Assembly (NCBI GenBank): GCA_022426155.1
Contig: JAKMEE010000047.1
Coordinates: 5,968 to 69,967 of the forward strand
DNA: 64,000 nucleotides
Direction: 5' to 3'
Origin: Poseidonia sp.
GTDB taxonomy: Archaea > Thermoplasmatota > Poseidoniia > Poseidoniales > Poseidoniaceae
The notes under the pieces are model-generated. The model was not told the origin of the DNA and ran no database searches. It saw only the letters and a program-made list of their open reading frames with translations. Of this stretch, positions 1-9,182 are shown piece by piece. The translations under genes were made by a program, and so were the position numbers. Position 1 is the stretch's first letter; the number at the start of each line of letters is the position of its first letter.

Positions 1-1182
1 TTCGTTGAATGCATCAGTCATGATGGACATGTATCCATTCCATGTTCCATCTGTTTCGGTTCCAATGTAGCCGAAGGCGACCCGCCCAGGGTCTCCAGCG
101 ATAATGACTGGGAAGCCAGTGCCTTGGAGGTGTGCAGGAGCGATCATGACTGCTGGGGACCAAGTATTAGCTTCGTCTAATGAATATGAAAAGTACGGCA
201 TGTCATCAGCTCCCATCCACATAGCGTACACGTTGCTTTCACTGTCGGCATCGACTTGAGCTTCTTCTGCATTCCATGTTTCAGCGGTTCCTGAAACCTC
301 TGTGGGTAGGACATGCTCTGTCCAGGTTAAGGCCCCATCATCGGTTTTGTACATTGAATAGCCCGTGCCATCGCACCCGCGTTGGCCCCGATAGAAATGT
401 CCATTTTCAGCTCCAACCATATGTGCAGAAAGTCCACCGCTTTGACAGTCAATGGGGGCTCCAGGCAATTCAGGCCCCCACGTCAAACCACCATCTTGGC
501 TGGCAGCACACAAGGGAGATGGCCAATTTCCATTGATACAGAACACCCACAATGTGTCATGGAATAATGCAGGGTAGGGGGAAGAAGAGAGCGTTTGGTG
601 ATCTTGCACAGAGTATCCAGTCGCGACCGAGGGACCGGCCCATGAATCACCTTCATTGTCAGACCACTCAACTGTCATGCCAAGCAATGCGTGCATGTCG
701 AATTTCATGATTCGGTCCGTCCACGGATCGACGTAAATGTAGGGGTCATTGGAATTAACGACTGGAAATATTGGGTCGTAGATGTTTTGACAAGAGAAAT
801 CAGATAATGCGACCATTTCCACCATTCCGGAACATTGAACCACTGCGGTTGAGCCAGAGGGTCCGTTTCCATAACTGGCGAAATAGAGATTGTTGGTGCT
901 GGTGATGCCCATCGTTGGTTCAAAGGTGCTAAACCCAGTGCCGTAGTAGGTTCCTTGAGTGAAAAAGGGTACATTCAGGCCCCCTAATGCCGAGGTGTTG
1001 TTCTGGGCGTCGAGCCCTCCAGGGTAGTGATACCACGTTCGCCCATCCAATGAAACATCAAAATCAAACCACCCTTCATCATTATCTGCGGATTGATTCC
1101 CTTCGTCTGGTCCGAAGCAACCAGCAAGCGGAGCACACAGCATCAACATCGAGAGGAGCAAAGCCGATGGTTGAATTCGCAT
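1..1182 (-). CDS. Secreted BNR/Asp-box repeat (sialidase-like beta-propeller) lipoprotein; 3' end lies outside the window
   Basis: The minus-strand frame is open from position 1 to the ATG at 1180-1182. I checked every + triplet for TTA/CTA/TCA and found none; an in-frame stop lies upstream at 1186-1188. It is absent from the supplied ORF track because no stop falls inside the window. The N-terminus MRIQPSALLLSMLMLCAPLAGC looks like a signal peptide with a lipobox-like Cys. Four Asp-box-like motifs are present: SDNEGDSW, SQDGGLTW, TDDGALTW, SLDEANTW. Confidence 0.7.
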   Translation of the reverse strand, partial: MRIQPSALLLSMLMLCAPLAGCFGPDEGNQSADNDEGWFDFDVSLDGRTWYHYPGGLDAQNNTSALGGLNVPFFTQGTYYGTGFSTFEPTMGITSTNNLYFASYGNGPSGSTAVVQCSGMVEMVALSDFSCQNIYDPIFPVVNSNDPYIYVDPWTDRIMKFDMHALLGMTVEWSDNEGDSWAGPSVATGYSVQDHQTLSSSPYPALFHDTLWVFCINGNWPSPLCAASQDGGLTWGPELPGAPIDCQSGGLSAHMVGAENGHFYRGQRGCDGTGYSMYKTDDGALTWTEHVLPTEVSGTAETWNAEEAQVDADSESNVYAMWMGADDMPYFSYSLDEANTWSPAVMIAPAHLQGTGFPVIIAGDPGRVAFGYIGTETDGTWNGYMSIMTDAFNE

Positions 1183-1191
1183 TCTTTAGCC

Positions 1192-1962
1192 TCAATACCG
1201 AACCTGTTTTCGGGTAATCGTTCTCCAAATTCGCTGGAGTGGGTCATAATATCGATCAACAACACGCTCCTTCAACTGAATGATGGCATCGTCGGTGATT
1301 TGAATTCCAGCAGGACATACTTCAGTACAGCAGCGAGTGATGTTACAGTATTCAACCCCGAACTCCTTTTTGATTTCTGGAATACGGTCTTCAGTATCAA
1401 GGGGGTGCATTTCGTATTGAGCTAGACGGACCAAATTGCGTGGTCCTGCAAAATCGTCAAACAATGCATGGTCTCGCAGAACGTGGCAGGTGTTGACGCA
1501 GAGGAAACATTCGATGCACTCTCTGAATTGTTGCACTCGATCAGCTTCCATTTGATTGAATTCCCAGTTCTTTTCCTCTGGACCGTTGATTGGCTTGATA
1601 CGTTGTGCAACTTCATAGTTCCAACTTACATCAGTCACCAGGTCTTTGACATGAGGGAAGGCCTTCATGGGTCGGATTTCAATGGGTTGACCAGGGGGGG
1701 TTTCAGCAACAACATCGCTCATACGTGTCATGCACATCAGGCGTGGTCGCCCGTTAATTTCTGCAGAACAGGACCCACACTTGCCGGCTTTGCAGTTCCA
1801 GCGCACTGAAAGGTCGGGTTCTTGTTCATATTGGATTCTGTGGACGCAATCAAGCACGACCATTCCTTCATCAAGTTCGATTTCATATTGCTCAAGCTCA
1901 GATTCTTCGCCTTCACCACGGAGGATGTTGAACGATTGTTTGGTTCCTTTGAGTGACATCAC
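1192..1962 (-). CDS. sdhB: Succinate dehydrogenase/fumarate reductase iron-sulfur subunit
   Basis: 256 aa. 2Fe-2S motif CKAGKCGSCSAEINGRPRLMC. Cluster motifs CIECFLCVNTC and CTEVCPAGI. 4-nt overlap with sdhA. Confidence 0.93.
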   Translation of the reverse strand: MMSLKGTKQSFNILRGEGEESELEQYEIELDEGMVVLDCVHRIQYEQEPDLSVRWNCKAGKCGSCSAEINGRPRLMCMTRMSDVVAETPPGQPIEIRPMKAFPHVKDLVTDVSWNYEVAQRIKPINGPEEKNWEFNQMEADRVQQFRECIECFLCVNTCHVLRDHALFDDFAGPRNLVRLAQYEMHPLDTEDRIPEIKKEFGVEYCNITRCCTEVCPAGIQITDDAIIQLKERVVDRYYDPLQRIWRTITRKQVRY

Positions 1963-3812
1963 TTTTCACCTCCCGCTTCAGCGGCGCGTTCCGCAATCAT
2001 GGATTTCACTTCCTTGATGGCGTCTTGGAGGTCGTCTCGCATGGGTTCAACCTCTTCTTGTCGAATCTTCATCTCACCGTCTTCCATCCAGATGATGTTG
2101 AGTGTTTTTCCCCAGTAATCATCGTCCGGAGTAGGGAAGTCATCTCGGGTGTGGCCCCCTCGGCTTTCCTCTCGAGTAATAGCAGCCAAGGTAGCAGCAT
2201 GCGATACATCTGCCATGTTGATTAAATCAAGGGCTTGATGCCAACCAGAATTATATTTTCGAGATGTTCCGGGGTAGGAGTTCAATGCACGCTCTTTGAA
2301 CGCAATGATCTCACTAAGGGCTTCGTTCAGTTCCTCCTTGGTTCGGATAATTCCGACCTTGGCTTGCATCATATCCCTCATGGCATCGTAAATTCCACCA
2401 GGGTTTTCTCCACCCTCTTTCATGAGTGGGGCCAGCATATCATCAATGGCTGAGGCAACTTGTGATTCATCAATAGCAGGTTGAGCCAGATCCTTGGCGC
2501 GTTTTGCTGCGAATTCACCAGCCCGCTTTCCAAAGACGATGAGGTCTGAGAGAGAGTTGCCGCCCAGTCGGTTGGCTCCGTGAAGTCCAGAGGCAACTTC
2601 ACCACAAGCAAACAAACCAGGGATGGTCGTTTCTTGTGATTCAGCATCTACACGTACGCCACCCATGACGTAATGTGCGGTTGGGCCGACTTCCATCGGC
2701 TCTTTCGAGATGTCAACGCCAGCAAGTTCCTTGAATTGGTGGTGCATCGAAGGTAATTTCTTCAAAATGGCTTCTTCCCCACGGTGGGAAATGTCGAGGA
2801 AGGCACCGCCGTGCGGTGAACCCCGACCCGCCTTAACTTCAGAGTTAATGGCCTTGGCCACAACGTCTCTTGTCAACAATTCAGGGGGTCGACGTACCGT
2901 TGCAAGTTTGCCACTAACGACTTCTTCGACCCATTGGTCGCTTTCCTCAATGGTGTCGGCGTGGTCGCCAGCGAACATTTCAGGCACATAATCGAACATG
3001 AAGCGAGCCCCCTCAGAGTTGGTCAAGCGACCGCCTTCTCCCCGAACACCTTCGGTGACCAAGATTCCTCGAACCGATGGAGGCCAGACCATGCCAGTGG
3101 GATGGAATTGAACGAATTCCATATCCCGCAATTCAGCACCAGCCCACAAAGCGAGGGCATGACCGTCACCTGTGTATTCCCAAGAGCCTGAGCAAACCGA
3201 CCAGCATCGAGTGATACCGCCGGTTGCAAGGATCACTGATTTTGCTGAAAAGGCGTGGAAATCACCGTCAACTCTCGTGTAGGCAACACATCCGGTGACT
3301 CGGTCTCCTTCCTTGAGTAAACTCCGAACGGTGTATTCCATGAAGATGTCAATGCCCTCGTGAATTCCTCTTTCTTGGAGTGTACGAATAAGTTCGAGAC
3401 CTGTTGCATCGCCGACGTGGGCGAGGCGGGGGAAGGTGTGTCCCCCGAAATTTCGCTGATTGATGAGGTTCTTTGGGGTTCGGTCAAATACAGCCCCCCA
3501 TTGTTCGAGTTCTCGTACACGATCCGGTGCTTCTTTGGCATGGAATTCAGCCATTTGCCAGTTAGCAAGCCATTTACTGCCCTTCATGGTGTCGTGGAAG
3601 TGAACCTTCCAACCATCCCGTGGGTCTGCATTTTGCAAGGCGGCAGCACAGCCACCTTCTGCCATCACGGTGTGGGCTTTGCCCAGCAAAGATTTGGTGA
3701 TGATGGCAGTTTTCGCTCCGCTGCGAGCGGCTTCAATAGCTGCGCGGAGGCCAGCGCCGCCAGCTCCGATCACAATCACATCGTATTCGTGGTTTGTTAC
3801 ATGTTCACTCAT
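1959..3812 (-). CDS. sdhA: Succinate dehydrogenase/fumarate reductase flavoprotein subunit
   Basis: 617 aa. FAD-binding N-terminus DVIVIGAGGAGLRAAIEA. Covalent-FAD His context GKAHTVMAEGG. Also FVQFHPTG and C-terminal EESRGGHTRDDFP. Confidence 0.95.
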   Translation of the reverse strand: MSEHVTNHEYDVIVIGAGGAGLRAAIEAARSGAKTAIITKSLLGKAHTVMAEGGCAAALQNADPRDGWKVHFHDTMKGSKWLANWQMAEFHAKEAPDRVRELEQWGAVFDRTPKNLINQRNFGGHTFPRLAHVGDATGLELIRTLQERGIHEGIDIFMEYTVRSLLKEGDRVTGCVAYTRVDGDFHAFSAKSVILATGGITRCWSVCSGSWEYTGDGHALALWAGAELRDMEFVQFHPTGMVWPPSVRGILVTEGVRGEGGRLTNSEGARFMFDYVPEMFAGDHADTIEESDQWVEEVVSGKLATVRRPPELLTRDVVAKAINSEVKAGRGSPHGGAFLDISHRGEEAILKKLPSMHHQFKELAGVDISKEPMEVGPTAHYVMGGVRVDAESQETTIPGLFACGEVASGLHGANRLGGNSLSDLIVFGKRAGEFAAKRAKDLAQPAIDESQVASAIDDMLAPLMKEGGENPGGIYDAMRDMMQAKVGIIRTKEELNEALSEIIAFKERALNSYPGTSRKYNSGWHQALDLINMADVSHAATLAAITREESRGGHTRDDFPTPDDDYWGKTLNIIWMEDGEMKIRQEEVEPMRDDLQDAIKEVKSMIAERAAEAGGEK

Positions 3813-3821
3813 TTCATCACC

Positions 3822-4637
3822 TCACACAATAAACAGTGCCACATCGTTAATGTGACCTTCACAAACTGCGAGCACCCAAAGGTCGCCCAGGAAGACAAAG
3901 ATGAGTGAGGTCCAAAACCAGAACCCGTGAGATCGATTTAGCACACTGATTTTCCCAAAGAGCGAACCTCTGATTTTACTAATTCCCGTTGTCCATCGGT
4001 CTAGCATCCCGCCTGCGAGGTGCCGTAGAGCGTGGCAAGAAGTAACATACATGGTGAGGAGGAAGGCTTCAATGGCCATGACCAATGTTCCAATAGAAAG
4101 TCCGATTCCTCCGTCAAATGTCATGGCATGTGTGACATCCCACCACTTGATGAGAAGAATAGCCATTGCAGCATACAAGAAATAACGGTGAAGGTTGTTG
4201 AAGATGAATAATCGCTTTTCACCCTTGTAGCCGATGGCTTTGTTGATGTCAGGTTCATCGACCCAGCATCCAGCGGGGCTGGCAAAGAAGGTGCGGTAAT
4301 AGACACGACGCATGTAGTAACAAGTGCCACGGAACCCGAAGGGGATCCACAGAACAAGGATGGCAGCATTCACCCATGTGGGATGGTTCCAAGACGAGAG
4401 TCCGAACAAATCCCATTCGAGCACGTTTGGAGAAAAGATTGGCGACATCACGGTATGGTGGCTATCAATGCTGTATGAGATGGTGCCTTCTGTCGTGTAG
4501 ATGAACAAGCGCCAAAAGGTGTAGATCATCGCTGCAGTGAGGCCAATTCCCATGGTCAGGGGTTGACTCCACCAGTTGTCGATTCTGTTCGTACGGCCCA
4601 AGCCGTTGATAACCGGGAGTTTGATACCTTCACCCAT
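3822..4637 (-). CDS. Putative membrane anchor/cytochrome b-like subunit of the succinate:quinone oxidoreductase (single large subunit)
   Basis: Polytopic membrane protein directly upstream of sdhA (9-nt gap), giving an sdhC-A-B order. It has several TM helices carrying His residues (SHHTV, LHRY, VTHAM, CHALRH). I prefer the ATG at 4637 because GGTGA lies about 5 nt upstream. The track ORF extends to a TTG at 4751 and would overlap the ALDH gene by 19 nt. Confidence 0.5.
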   Translation of the reverse strand: MGEGIKLPVINGLGRTNRIDNWWSQPLTMGIGLTAAMIYTFWRLFIYTTEGTISYSIDSHHTVMSPIFSPNVLEWDLFGLSSWNHPTWVNAAILVLWIPFGFRGTCYYMRRVYYRTFFASPAGCWVDEPDINKAIGYKGEKRLFIFNNLHRYFLYAAMAILLIKWWDVTHAMTFDGGIGLSIGTLVMAIEAFLLTMYVTSCHALRHLAGGMLDRWTTGISKIRGSLFGKISVLNRSHGFWFWTSLIFVFLGDLWVLAVCEGHINDVALFIV

Positions 4638-4732
4638 GCTTTCACCGCGTGCCCCCTGTGGGACATAATGTTCCAGTTCGGCAGGGTCTTTGAGGTTCAC
4701 CTTTTCGCCATTGGCTGAAACATCGGTAGTTT

Positions 4733-6373
4733 TCAGGCCAATTCGGTCCAATCAACGTCGGCTTCAACCATCTCGATTTCATCAACATCCATCTGGGCCA
4801 ACTGGAGTTTTCCAGAGAGCTCGTCGTTGACCGCGTGCCAGTATGAATAGGCTTCGAGTACCCATATTCCTGATTCACGAGTGCCGTTGCCTGAGCCCTT
4901 GACTCCGCCGAATGGAAGGTGTGCTTCAGCACCGGTTGTGGAGTTATTGATTCCGGTCATTCCAGCCTTAATTCCCGATTTGTAGCGATAGGCTTCGAGT
5001 CGGTCATTGGTATAAATGGCTGAAGACAATCCGTAGGGGCTTGCATTGGCAAGATGCAATGCGTGGTCGAAATCTTTCGCTTTGACGATGGTAACGGCCG
5101 GGCCAAAGATTTCGTCATGGAAACATTGCATGTCTTCGGTAACATCAACAAAGACGTGAGGCCACATGTAAACCCCGTCTTCGGCATTGCTCAGGAAATT
5201 CGAGGGATGGCTGCCTTCAGTAATGCGGCCTTCACCGAAAATTTGTCGAGCACCAGATGCTAGGCACATCTCAACGCCTTTGAGGAAATCGTTGGCATAT
5301 TTTTCTGACAGCATTGGCCCGTAGAGGACGTTGTCGTGCACGAGAGAATCTCCGATACGAGTCGATTCAACCTTGGCCATGAATTTCTCCATAAATTCGT
5401 CGTAGATGGATTCGTGAATGATGAGGTTGCCGAGACTTGTACAACGTTGTCCTGCAGTTCCGAAGGCACCCCAATACGCACCTTCAACAGCGTTGTCAAG
5501 GTTGGAAGATGGCATGACTACCAGTGGGTTTTTCCCTCCAAGTTCCAAGGAGCAAGAGACAAGGTTTCTTCCACATACTTCACCGATCATCTTACCCACT
5601 TCCGTGGAACCAGTGAACGAGATTTTGTTGACCAAGCCTTCGTCGACAGCGTCTACAAGATATTGGCCAGCGCCACTACCCTTGCCGTGGACGAGATTGA
5701 TAACGCCATCAGGAAGTCCAGCCTCGTGCATGATGCGAGCGAGGGCAAAGGAGAGGAGAGGGGCATCTTGCGGGCTCTTCCATACACAGGTGTTGCCACA
5801 CATGATGGCAGGAATCATCTTCCAAAATGGAACAGCAGCAGGGAAATTGCATGCATTGATGATTCCACAAACACCCAACGGTCTTCGATAGGTGAACAAT
5901 TCTTTGTCAGGGAGTTCAGAGTTTACTGTTTGACCGTAGAGTCGGCGCCCTTCTGATTGGAAGAACAGACATGTGTCAATGGCTTCTTGAACCGACCCAG
6001 CGGCTTCTTTGAGTGTCTTACCAATTTCACGGGTTTCAAGAGCGACAATGGCATCTTTGTGTTCCATCAACAAGCGGCCCATATTGCCGATGATTTGTCC
6101 TCGTGTTGGCGCGGGTGTAGCGGCCCATCCGGGGAAGGCTGCATGAGCGGCATCCAAAGCAGCACGGACGTCTCCACGAGTGGAGAGGGGGAATTCGCCG
6201 AGCGTGTCGTTGAGAATGGCCGGATTGATCGAAGCAAAGCTAGCACCGTCACTCGCTAGGGATAATTGCCCGTTGATGATGTTGTATCCCTTCACTTTGG
6301 GCTTCCCATTCGGGTTATCTGCAGGCATATATTCGAGGCCGGTTTCAAGGACGTGAACCATGTTGTCGGCCAC
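4733..6373 (-). CDS. NAD(P)-dependent aldehyde dehydrogenase family protein
   Basis: 546 aa. ALDH motifs FTGSTEVG and ELGGKNP, plus the catalytic Cys context GQRCTS. GTG start; an ATG lies 4 codons downstream. The substrate cannot be assigned. Confidence 0.9.
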   Translation of the reverse strand: MADNMVHVLETGLEYMPADNPNGKPKVKGYNIINGQLSLASDGASFASINPAILNDTLGEFPLSTRGDVRAALDAAHAAFPGWAATPAPTRGQIIGNMGRLLMEHKDAIVALETREIGKTLKEAAGSVQEAIDTCLFFQSEGRRLYGQTVNSELPDKELFTYRRPLGVCGIINACNFPAAVPFWKMIPAIMCGNTCVWKSPQDAPLLSFALARIMHEAGLPDGVINLVHGKGSGAGQYLVDAVDEGLVNKISFTGSTEVGKMIGEVCGRNLVSCSLELGGKNPLVVMPSSNLDNAVEGAYWGAFGTAGQRCTSLGNLIIHESIYDEFMEKFMAKVESTRIGDSLVHDNVLYGPMLSEKYANDFLKGVEMCLASGARQIFGEGRITEGSHPSNFLSNAEDGVYMWPHVFVDVTEDMQCFHDEIFGPAVTIVKAKDFDHALHLANASPYGLSSAIYTNDRLEAYRYKSGIKAGMTGINNSTTGAEAHLPFGGVKGSGNGTRESGIWVLEAYSYWHAVNDELSGKLQLAQMDVDEIEMVEADVDWTELA

Positions 6374-6556
6374 TATTGACCGACTCTTGAATGTGATGGG
6401 CGATGAGCTTGGGGGGAGGGGATGAATCAGAGGCCTTCAAAATCCGTTGGTTTAAGACAGTCCTCTGTGCAAGTCTGCCTGCAACCGACCTGAGGCGTGC
6501 TGTGGAGTCTTCATATACCGTCAAAGGTTAACGAGAGTTGGAGAGGAGATGATACC

Positions 6557-8785
6557 ATGACAGACAAAGAAAATTCAATTTCACTTCGAGTTTCAAAAGC
6601 CATTCCCTCCGACGTTGGTCACGGCCGTGCACGCATTTCAGCGGACATTGGTCTTGACCTCAAACCGGGCGATATCGTTGAAATCAGCGGCGAAGACCGC
6701 TCAACAGCGGCCATCTATTGGCGTAGTAGGCCAGAAGATGCGAAAATGGATATTATTCGCGTTGACGGTATCATCCGTAAAAACGCAGGCGTGAGTCTGG
6801 GGGATCGTGTTACGGTCACAAAGGTAGATGCCAAAGAATGTACGAAACTAACCATTTCTCCTGTTATGGCGAGCAAGCAGAAAGTAAAATTCGGACCTGG
6901 AATTGAAGGGTTTGCCCGACGAGGTCTCGCCAAGCGCCCTGTTGTTGCTGGTGACCGAATTTTTATTCCAGGTATGACGCTTTTTGCTGAAGCCCTGCCC
7001 TTTGCAGTGGTCCAAACCACCCCGAAAGGCATCGTCAAAGTGACCACCGAAACCGAGATTGTCATCAAAGATGAAGCGGTTGCAGAGGAAGATGTCGGTC
7101 AATCCGAGGGAATTACCTACGAAGACGTTGGAGGTATCGGACAACAATTGTTGAAAGTTCGTGAAATGATTGAGCTACCCCTCAAACATCCAGAATTGTT
7201 CCGAAGGCTGGGCATTGACCCACCAAAAGGTGTGTTACTTCACGGCCCTCCAGGTACAGGAAAAACCATGATTGCAAAGGCAGTTGCCACCGAGGTCAAC
7301 GCTCACTTCAAAAGCATCAATGGGCCAGAAATCATCTCAAAGTATTACGGTGAATCAGAAAAACAATTGCGTGAAATTTTTGATGAAGCCGCAGATAATG
7401 CACCTGCCATCATCTTCATTGACGAAATCGACTCAATCTGTCCAAAGCGTGAAGATGTGACCGGTGAAGTTGAACGACGAGTTGTTGCACAAATGCTGAC
7501 ACTGATGGACGGCATGCAAGGTCGTGATAACGTTGTGGTGATTGGAGCAACCAATCGAAGGGACGCCCTTGACCCTGCGCTCCGTCGCCCGGGTCGGTTC
7601 GACCGAGAAATCGAAATTGGAGTTCCAGACCGTGAAGGGCGTAGTGAAATCATGGATGTTCACACTCGCCAGATGCCCATCGCTGAAGACTTTGACATCG
7701 CATGGGTGCTCGACAATACCTACGGTTTCGTTGGAGCCGACCTTGCAGCGCTCGTTCGTGAATCAGCCATGAAGGCACTGCGACGATATTTACCAGAAAT
7801 TGACCTTGAAGAAGAGACCATTCCTCCAGAAGTTCTTGAGAAAATGGAAGTCTGCATGAACGATTTCAAGGAAGCTATTCGTGACATCGAACCCTCTGCA
7901 CTTCGAGAAATCTATGTTGAAGTGCCTGAAGTTTCATGGAAGGAAGTTGGCGGTCTGACCGAAGTCAAGGATCGTTTGAAGGAATCGGTGGAATGGCCAT
8001 TGACAAAACCTGAACTCTTCGAACACTTTGGAATTAAGCCACCTCGAGGAATCGTTCTCTTCGGTGCCCCTGGTACTGGAAAAACATTGTTGGCAAAGGC
8101 CATTGCGAATGAAGCTCAAGCGAATTTCATCAGCATCAAAGGTCCTGAGTTGATTTCGAAATGGGTTGGTGAATCCGAGCGTGCCATTCGTGAAATTTTC
8201 AAGAAGGCAAAACAATCCGCTCCATCCATCATTTTCCTCGATGAATTTGAATCGATAGCAACCATGCGTAGCGGAGGTTCATCCTCAGAAGGCAGCGATG
8301 TTGGAAACCGGGTTGTTAACCAATTGCTGGCGAGCATGGACGGTGTTGAATCCCTTGACGGCGTCATCATTGTTGCCGCAACCAACCGCCCAGAGATGAT
8401 AGACCCAGCATTGCTACGCAGCGGTCGCTTTGAGCGTGTTCTCCACGTCCCTCCCCCCGACACAGGCGCCCGTGAAGTGATTTTCAACATTCACTCAAGT
8501 GGTATGCCATTGAGTAAATTCTCCTTCAAGGACATCCTTTCAGGGATGGATGGGTTTACCGGAGCTGACATAGAAGCCGTGTGTCGAGAGGCAGCCCTCA
8601 TCTGTATGCGTGCAGGCAAGAAGCGTGTGACGAAATCACACTTTGAAGAAGCTATTTCCCGTGTTAGGCCAACGGTTACACCCGATATGTTGGAGTATTA
8701 CCAGAAGATGGAAACCCGTCTCACATCTGGTTTGACCAACATCAAGCGTAACCGTGACTTCAGTCGCGGCATGGAAACCATGTGA
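6557..8785 (+). CDS. cdc48: Cdc48/VCP-type AAA+ ATPase (two AAA domains)
   Basis: Walker A motifs GPPGTGKT and GAPGTGKT. Walker B motifs IIFIDEID and IIFLDEFE. The N-terminal domain is Cdc48-like ([23 protein letters not shown]). I chose the ATG at 6557, preceded by GGAGAGGAG. The track ORF starts 20 codons earlier. Confidence 0.93.
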   Translation: MTDKENSISLRVSKAIPSDVGHGRARISADIGLDLKPGDIVEISGEDRSTAAIYWRSRPEDAKMDIIRVDGIIRKNAGVSLGDRVTVTKVDAKECTKLTISPVMASKQKVKFGPGIEGFARRGLAKRPVVAGDRIFIPGMTLFAEALPFAVVQTTPKGIVKVTTETEIVIKDEAVAEEDVGQSEGITYEDVGGIGQQLLKVREMIELPLKHPELFRRLGIDPPKGVLLHGPPGTGKTMIAKAVATEVNAHFKSINGPEIISKYYGESEKQLREIFDEAADNAPAIIFIDEIDSICPKREDVTGEVERRVVAQMLTLMDGMQGRDNVVVIGATNRRDALDPALRRPGRFDREIEIGVPDREGRSEIMDVHTRQMPIAEDFDIAWVLDNTYGFVGADLAALVRESAMKALRRYLPEIDLEEETIPPEVLEKMEVCMNDFKEAIRDIEPSALREIYVEVPEVSWKEVGGLTEVKDRLKESVEWPLTKPELFEHFGIKPPRGIVLFGAPGTGKTLLAKAIANEAQANFISIKGPELISKWVGESERAIREIFKKAKQSAPSIIFLDEFESIATMRSGGSSSEGSDVGNRVVNQLLASMDGVESLDGVIIVAATNRPEMIDPALLRSGRFERVLHVPPPDTGAREVIFNIHSSGMPLSKFSFKDILSGMDGFTGADIEAVCREAALICMRAGKKRVTKSHFEEAISRVRPTVTPDMLEYYQKMETRLTSGLTNIKRNRDFSRGMETM

Positions 8786-8852
8786 TGACCTTGTACATCA
8801 CCGACGCATTGATGGAGTCAACACTCGGTCCGTTCCTTGTTCACGGGGTATC

Positions 8853-9095
8853 ATGATGGCAATCTTCGGTCGCGAAATCATTGGACTTGAGGTTCTGGAT
8901 CGTGCTGGTGTCTTGCTTGGTAATCTCGTTGACCTTCAAGTTGACCTCAAGACCGGCGGACTGAACGAATTGCTGGTGGAAGTTGAAGCTACAGTTCCCG
9001 CCAGCGGCTTGCCGTTTGAGAGTGAGGGGAGCCTCGTCAAAATACCATCAACTGCCGTCGCCCGAATTGGGGCTAAAATCCACCTGAATCAGTAG
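8853..9095 (+). CDS. Small PRC-barrel domain protein
   Basis: 80 aa from MMAIFGREIIGLEVLDRAGVLLGNLVDLQVDLKTGGLNELLV...IPSTAVARIGAKIHL. This is the typical single-domain archaeal PRC-barrel pattern (G..V.d..G..lG.v.dl.vd..tG.i..l.v). The upstream 33 codons of the track ORF overlap the cdc48 3' end and were trimmed. Confidence 0.7.
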   Translation: MMAIFGREIIGLEVLDRAGVLLGNLVDLQVDLKTGGLNELLVEVEATVPASGLPFESEGSLVKIPSTAVARIGAKIHLNQ

Positions 9096-9182
9096 ATTTT
9101 GAGGATTTCCATGATAGAGCGGCATGAGCATTTTCACCACTTGATTGGACAACCTTCTAAAGTTAGGGGAGAGCGTGGATAA

